The translations under genes and the position numbers were made by a program. A model generated the notes under the pieces. The model made no database searches. It was not told where the DNA came from and was given only the letters and a program-made list of their open reading frames with translations. From the NCBI GenBank assembly GCA_041476145.1, contig JBGOSW010000002.1, forward strand, positions 1 through 59,612: a stretch of 59,612 nucleotides of DNA. The letters run 5' to 3'. Every line of letters starts with the position of its first letter. The first letter of the stretch is position 1. This document shows, one piece after another, positions 55,552-59,612 of this stretch. The stretch comes from Candidatus Binatia bacterium. GTDB lineage: Bacteria > Desulfobacterota > Binatia > UTPRO1.

Positions 55552-55986
55552 CTACTTCACGGAGTAGCCGCGCCCCTCCATGCAGGCCGCGAACGCGCGC
55601 TGGTAGCCGTTCGCCTGCGCATCTTGGTTGGCCTGTTTCGCCACCTTGGAACGGTGGCGTCCGGCGACACCGCCGACCACGGCGCCGGCGGCGGCACCCT
55701 TCCCGGCGTTACCGCCGATGGCACCGACGGTCGCACCGACGGCCGCGCCCTTGGCGCCGCCGCGGACCGTGCCGCGTGCATGCTCGCCGGGCTGCGCCGG
55801 CTGGGCCGGGGCGTTCGGGTCGACGCCGCTCTGCGACTTCGCCCAGCGCGTACACTCCGCCGTATCGATGTCCTGCTGCTGCCGGCTCTGCCCTTTCGTC
55901 GGGTAGACGTAGGGGCCTTGCGCCGACACCACCTCGCCGCTCATCAATACAGCGACGGCGACGACTATCGCGTTCGATCGCTTCAT
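55552..55986 (-). CDS. secreted glycine-zipper protein
   Basis: ATG at 55984-55986. Signal peptide MKRSNAIVVAVAVLMSGEVVSA. Contains GGAKGAAVGATVGAIGGNAGKGAAAGAVVGGVAG. Only the last 144 aa of ORF 55552-58146 are credible. Confidence 0.7.
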   Translation of the reverse strand: MKRSNAIVVAVAVLMSGEVVSAQGPYVYPTKGQSRQQQDIDTAECTRWAKSQSGVDPNAPAQPAQPGEHARGTVRGGAKGAAVGATVGAIGGNAGKGAAAGAVVGGVAGRHRSKVAKQANQDAQANGYQRAFAACMEGRGYSVK

Positions 55987-56117
55987 GGCCGCGCTCCCTC
56001 TCATTCGCTCGGAGCTTCCGGGTTGGCGAATGATTTTCGCGATCACGGCCCCTAGCTGATCGAGCGTCCCAAAGCGAGCGCGACGACCGCTCCGTCGGTG
56101 CTCGATGCGATCAGGCG

Positions 56118-56513
56118 CTAGCGGCGCGCCCGGCGCGCAATGCGCGCCTCTCGATCCGTGGGTTCGAGACGATCGAGGCGACCCGACAACAGCGCGCGAC
56201 GAATGGGCTCGTGGGCGAGGCCGAGCGCCTCGCAGACGTTCACGAACGAGTACGGCCAGGCGCGGTTCTCGGAGCGGACCCAGCGCTTGGAGTCCTCGAG
56301 CTCGCGGCGGAGTCGGCCCGGAGGCGTGCCCGGGATCCGCTGCACGCAGACGATCGCGTCGAGCAGGACGGCGAGCAGGAGCCGCCGCTCCGGACTTTCG
56401 GGTGCCGAGGTAGATGCGACCTCGTCGGCCTCCGCCTCGAACTGCTGGAGGCTCATCTCCATCGCGGGCATGCCGTCGTGCCGGGACACTCGTTCGCCGA
56501 TCGCCATTGGCAT
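56118..56513 (-). CDS. hypothetical protein (131 aa)
   Basis: ATG at 56511-56513 lies 7 nt behind GAGGAGG. Conserved-looking core ERRLLLAVLLDAI...WPYSFVNVCEALGL. It is the first gene of the operon divergent from the NtrB/C-like pair. Confidence 0.55.
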   Translation of the reverse strand: MPMAIGERVSRHDGMPAMEMSLQQFEAEADEVASTSAPESPERRLLLAVLLDAIVCVQRIPGTPPGRLRRELEDSKRWVRSENRAWPYSFVNVCEALGLAHEPIRRALLSGRLDRLEPTDREARIARRARR

Positions 56514-56539
56514 CGTGCGACCTCCTCGACCAAACTGCG

Positions 56540-56556
56540 AAGCACGGCACATGCCG
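56540..56556 (-). promoter_or_regulatory. candidate sigma-54 (-24/-12) promoter
   Basis: The minus strand reads CGGCATGTGCCGTGCTT against consensus TGGCACG-N4-TTGCW. GG and GC have the correct 10-nt spacing. The -12 element lies about 29 nt upstream of the 56513 start. Confidence 0.45.
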
Positions 56557-56631
56557 ATGCCGCGGAGCCGGCAGCGCGCGCGAAACGCGAAGAAGAACGC
56601 CGCGTTCCGCTTCCCCTGCGCGTGCCGCGGA

Positions 56632-56667
56632 GCGGGTCGTTTCGACGCGCGTGTCGAAACGACCCGC
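56632..56667. promoter_or_regulatory. 15-bp perfect inverted repeat (candidate enhancer/UAS for the NtrC-like activator)
   Basis: GCGGGTCGTTTCGAC-gcgcgt-GTCGAAACGACCCGC. Its centre is about 95 bp upstream of the candidate sigma-54 promoter, in the divergent intergenic region. Confidence 0.4.
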
Positions 56668-56727
56668 GTCCGCGCCGGCTTGACCGGGCGCGCGCTTCTG
56701 GCCTATCGCGGCGACGGGAGACATCAC

Positions 56728-58209
56728 GTGAGACTCGCTCGCAAGATCACGTTCGCCATTGCGGGCGCGATCCTCGTCGTCATGGCCGCGCACGCCTACT
56801 TCCTGATTCGTCACGAGGTCGTCCTGTTCGACGCCGACCTCACCCGCAGCACGCATCTGAAGAAGGCGCTGCGCGCGAGCATCGAAACGGTGTGGCGGGC
56901 ATACGGCGACGTCGAGGCCCAGCGCCTCGTCGAGGACACGATCTCGGAAGCGATCGAGGGCGTGACCATCCGCTGGCTGTGGCTCGACGCACCGGCCGGC
57001 GATCGGCGACACCTCGACCTGCCCCCCGAGCTGCTCGCGCAGCTTCGCGAGGGCGAGCGCGTCGTCGCGTTCCGCCGCGATACCGGCGAGGACCCGCAGC
57101 GCTTCACGTACGTTCCGATGTCGATCGAGGGCTCGCGACCGGCGGTCCTCGAGGTGATCGAGTCGATCCGCGGCGAGCACGCGTTCATCGAGGCGAGTCG
57201 CCTGCAGGTCGAAGGTGCGACGGTGGTGATCCTGCTCAGCTGCGCCGCCGCGGTTTACGTGCTCGGCCTGTGGTTCGTCGGGCGGCCGATCCAACGGCTG
57301 CGCGACAAGCTGCGAGCGATCGCGGCCGGGAATTTCGACACGCCGCTCGAGCTCCATCAGAACGACGAGATCGGCGAGCTCGCGCAGGAGATCAACCTCA
57401 CGTGCGCGCGGCTCGCCGACGCGCAGCGGCGGCTCGCCGCCGCGACCGACGATCGCATCGCGGCGTTGGAGCAGATGCGCCATACCGACCGCCTGACGAC
57501 GATCGGCCAGCTCGCCGCCGGCGTCGCGCACGAGCTCGGGACCCCGCTCAGCGTCGTCTCCGGGCGGGCCGAGATGATCGCTTCCGGCGAGGCGGAGGGC
57601 GAGCGCGCGCTGGCGAGCGCGCGTGTGATCGTCGAGCAGGCGAGCCAGATGACGCGTCTCATCCGCCAGCTCCTCGATTTCTCGCGCCGGCATTCGGCGC
57701 GCTCCGGGCTCGTGAGCCTGCGCGCGATCGCGACGCGGACGATCGACATGCTGGCCGCCGTCGCGCGCCGACGGCACGTCGCGATCGCGCTCCACGCCGG
57801 CGACGACCCGCTCCTGGTCTTCGCCGACGAGTCCCAGCTGCAGCAAGCGCTCGCGAACGTCATCATGAATGCGGTGCAAGCGATGCCGAACGGCGGTCGC
57901 GTCGACGTCGCGCTCACGGCACGCCGGCTGCACCCACCGGGCGACGCGGCGCGCGAGCATGAATTCGTGTGCGCCACCGTCGCGGATACCGGCGAGGGCA
58001 TCCCCCAAGACGCCCTGCCGCACATCTTCGAGCCCTTCTTCACCACCAAAGATCGCGGGGAAGGCACCGGACTCGGGCTTTCCGTTGCCCGCGGCATCGT
58101 CAGCGAGCACGGCGGGTGGATCGACGTCGAGAGCGAGGTGCATCACGGCAGCCGCTTCGCGATCATGTTGCCCCGTGCCGCCGAGGCCGGCACCGGCGAG
58201 GCGGCATGA
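56728..58209 (+). CDS. NtrB-like sensor histidine kinase (TM-periplasmic-TM-HAMP-HisKA-HATPase_c)
   Basis: GTG at 56728 behind GGGAG. HAMP NDEIGELAQEIN. H-box VAHELGTPL, N-box IMNAVQAM, G-boxes DTGEGI, GTGLGLSVARG. Confidence 0.85.
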   Translation: MRLARKITFAIAGAILVVMAAHAYFLIRHEVVLFDADLTRSTHLKKALRASIETVWRAYGDVEAQRLVEDTISEAIEGVTIRWLWLDAPAGDRRHLDLPPELLAQLREGERVVAFRRDTGEDPQRFTYVPMSIEGSRPAVLEVIESIRGEHAFIEASRLQVEGATVVILLSCAAAVYVLGLWFVGRPIQRLRDKLRAIAAGNFDTPLELHQNDEIGELAQEINLTCARLADAQRRLAAATDDRIAALEQMRHTDRLTTIGQLAAGVAHELGTPLSVVSGRAEMIASGEAEGERALASARVIVEQASQMTRLIRQLLDFSRRHSARSGLVSLRAIATRTIDMLAAVARRRHVAIALHAGDDPLLVFADESQLQQALANVIMNAVQAMPNGGRVDVALTARRLHPPGDAAREHEFVCATVADTGEGIPQDALPHIFEPFFTTKDRGEGTGLGLSVARGIVSEHGGWIDVESEVHHGSRFAIMLPRAAEAGTGEAA

Positions 58210-59579
58210 CGCGGGCTCCCGTGGGTGGCCGCATCCTGGTGGTCGACGACGTGCAGAGCATGTGTGAGATGCTCGCCGAGCGCCTGCCGCCGCTCGGATT
58301 CGAAGTTCTCTGGCGCACCGACGCCCGCGAGGCGCTGGCGCTTCTCGCCACCACCGACGTCGACGCGGTCGTGACCGACGTCAACATGGGCGCGATGAAC
58401 GGGCTCGAGCTTTGCGAGCGCATCGTCGCGAGCCGTCCCGACGTGCCCGTCCTCGTCATCACCGCGTTCGGCAACCTCGAGACGGCGATCGCGGCGATTC
58501 GCACCGGTGCCTACGACTTCATCACCAAGCCCTTCGACATCACGGTGCTCGCGCTCTCCCTGGAGCGCGCCGCGCAACACCGGCGTCTGCGTGCCGAAGT
58601 GAAACGCTTGCGCGCCACGGTCGCGGAGTCGCGTCGGTTCGGCGAGCTCCTCGGCACCAGCAGCGCGATGCAGGAGGTGTACGCGCTGCTCGACCGTATC
58701 GCCGACGCCGAAGCGTCGGTCCTCGTCATGGGCGAGACGGGCACGGGGAAAGACCTCGTCGCGCGCGCGCTGCACGAGCGCAGCCGCCGGCACGCCGCTC
58801 CGTTCGTCGCGATCAACTGCGCCGCGATGCCCGAGACCCTCCTCGAGAACGAGCTCTTCGGTCATGCGCGTGGCGCCTTCACGGATGCCCGCGCCCCGCG
58901 TACCGGTCTCATAGTGCAGGCCCATGGCGGCACGCTCTTTCTCGATGAGATCGGGGACCTGCCGCTCACGCTGCAACCAAAGCTGCTGCGCGTCCTCCAG
59001 GAGCGCACGGTGCGCCCCGTCGGCGGCGATGCCGAGGTGCCGTTCGACATCCGACTGATCTGTGCGACCAATCAGGACATCGAGTCCGCAATCGAAGAGC
59101 GCCGCTTCCGCGAGGATCTGTACTTCCGCATCAACGTCATCACCGTGAAGCTGCCGCCGTTGCGGGCGCGGAGCGGCGACGTCTTGTTGCTGGCGCAGCA
59201 CTTCCTCGATCGTTACGCCGTCAAGGCCGACAAACCCGTGACCGGGCTCTCCCCCGCGGCCGCCGAGCGCCTGATGGCGTACCCGTGGCCGGGGAACGTC
59301 CGCGAGCTGCAGAACTGCATCGAGCGCGCCGTCGCGGTCGCAACCTACGACCAGATCACGGTCGACGACCTTCCCGAGAAGGTGCGCGCGCACCGCCGTT
59401 CCCACATCGTGATCGACGCCGACGATCCGTCGGAGCTGGTGTCGCTCGAGGAGATCGAGCGCCGCTACATCCTGCGGGTCGTGGAGAGCGTCGCGGGAAA
59501 CAAGACGCTGGCCGCCGAGATCCTCAAGGTCGGCCGCAAAACCCTCTACCGCAAGCTCGAGCGCTACGCCCAAGGGTGA
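58206..59579 (+). CDS. NtrC-family sigma-54-dependent response regulator (REC-AAA+-HTH)
   Basis: Its ATG overlaps the kinase stop (ATGA). REC motifs ILVVDDV, AVVTDVNMGAMNG, KP. Walker A GETGTGKD. GAFTDA loop (variant of GAFTGA). HTH NKTLAAEILKVGRKTLYRKL. Confidence 0.9.
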   Translation: MTRAPVGGRILVVDDVQSMCEMLAERLPPLGFEVLWRTDAREALALLATTDVDAVVTDVNMGAMNGLELCERIVASRPDVPVLVITAFGNLETAIAAIRTGAYDFITKPFDITVLALSLERAAQHRRLRAEVKRLRATVAESRRFGELLGTSSAMQEVYALLDRIADAEASVLVMGETGTGKDLVARALHERSRRHAAPFVAINCAAMPETLLENELFGHARGAFTDARAPRTGLIVQAHGGTLFLDEIGDLPLTLQPKLLRVLQERTVRPVGGDAEVPFDIRLICATNQDIESAIEERRFREDLYFRINVITVKLPPLRARSGDVLLLAQHFLDRYAVKADKPVTGLSPAAAERLMAYPWPGNVRELQNCIERAVAVATYDQITVDDLPEKVRAHRRSHIVIDADDPSELVSLEEIERRYILRVVESVAGNKTLAAEILKVGRKTLYRKLERYAQG

Positions 59580-59612
59580 CGGCGTGTCGTTCCGACCCGC
59601 GAGTCGGAACGA

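Noticed and set aside
55987-58146. N-terminal 720 aa of the 864-aa minus-strand ORF 55552-58146
   Set aside because: This part is antisense to the NtrB-like kinase and crosses the intergenic control region. Only the last 144 aa (signal peptide plus glycine zipper, own ATG) look like a real protein.

Overview
This is a very GC-rich bacterial chromosomal window, so all six frames carry long spurious Arg/Pro/Gly-rich ORFs. Genes were called by recognisable motifs, signal peptides, RBS placement and start/stop coupling; no searches could be run, so every family name is motif recognition by eye. The taxonomic flavour is Myxococcota or delta-proteobacteria-like: there are three sigma-54 related regulators, a Myxococcus-type cysteine-rich repeat, and many secreted Cys-rich or Pro/Thr-linker proteins. 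I call about 60 CDS, 2 tRNAs (Arg-ACG, Ser-GCT) and 2 broken genes. The main content is listed below.

- **Integrative element (most accessory-looking part of the window).** A 5.1-kb element sits in the 3' half of tRNA-Arg(ACG), bounded by perfect 42-bp direct repeats (23322-23363 and 28425-28466). It carries a tyrosine integrase, a coupled ribbon-helix-helix gene, a lower-GC orphan cargo gene, and a packaging-like trio of helical protein, zinc-finger peptide and TerL-like ATPase/nuclease. It has no capsid, portal or replication genes.
- **CheB operon.** A tightly coupled operon encodes [atypical receiver fused to only the C-terminal arm of an MCP signalling hairpin]-[CheB]-[receiver-histidine kinase], with no CheA, CheW or CheR in the window.
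- **Candidate tailoring cassette.** An ACP and a HemN-like radical-SAM gene lie divergent from a cytochrome P450, next to a receiver-less sigma-54 activator.
- **NtrB/NtrC-like pair.** It is divergent from an operon (hypothetical, glycine-zipper, lipase-like lipoprotein, membrane-fused spermidine-synthase-like protein). That operon has a good sigma-54 promoter candidate and a 15-bp inverted repeat about 95 bp upstream of it.
- **Amicyanin-like cupredoxins.** There are three paralogues with a C-x2-H-x2-M motif. One is translationally coupled to a periplasmic-sensor adenylate cyclase that is split by a 1-nt frameshift.
- **Other features.** These include an orphan MotAB pair followed by an anchored BNR propeller, an integrase remnant beside a large wHTH-AAA-TPR regulator, a 150-bp coding tandem repeat, and an AT-rich intergenic island with a perfect 16-bp palindrome.
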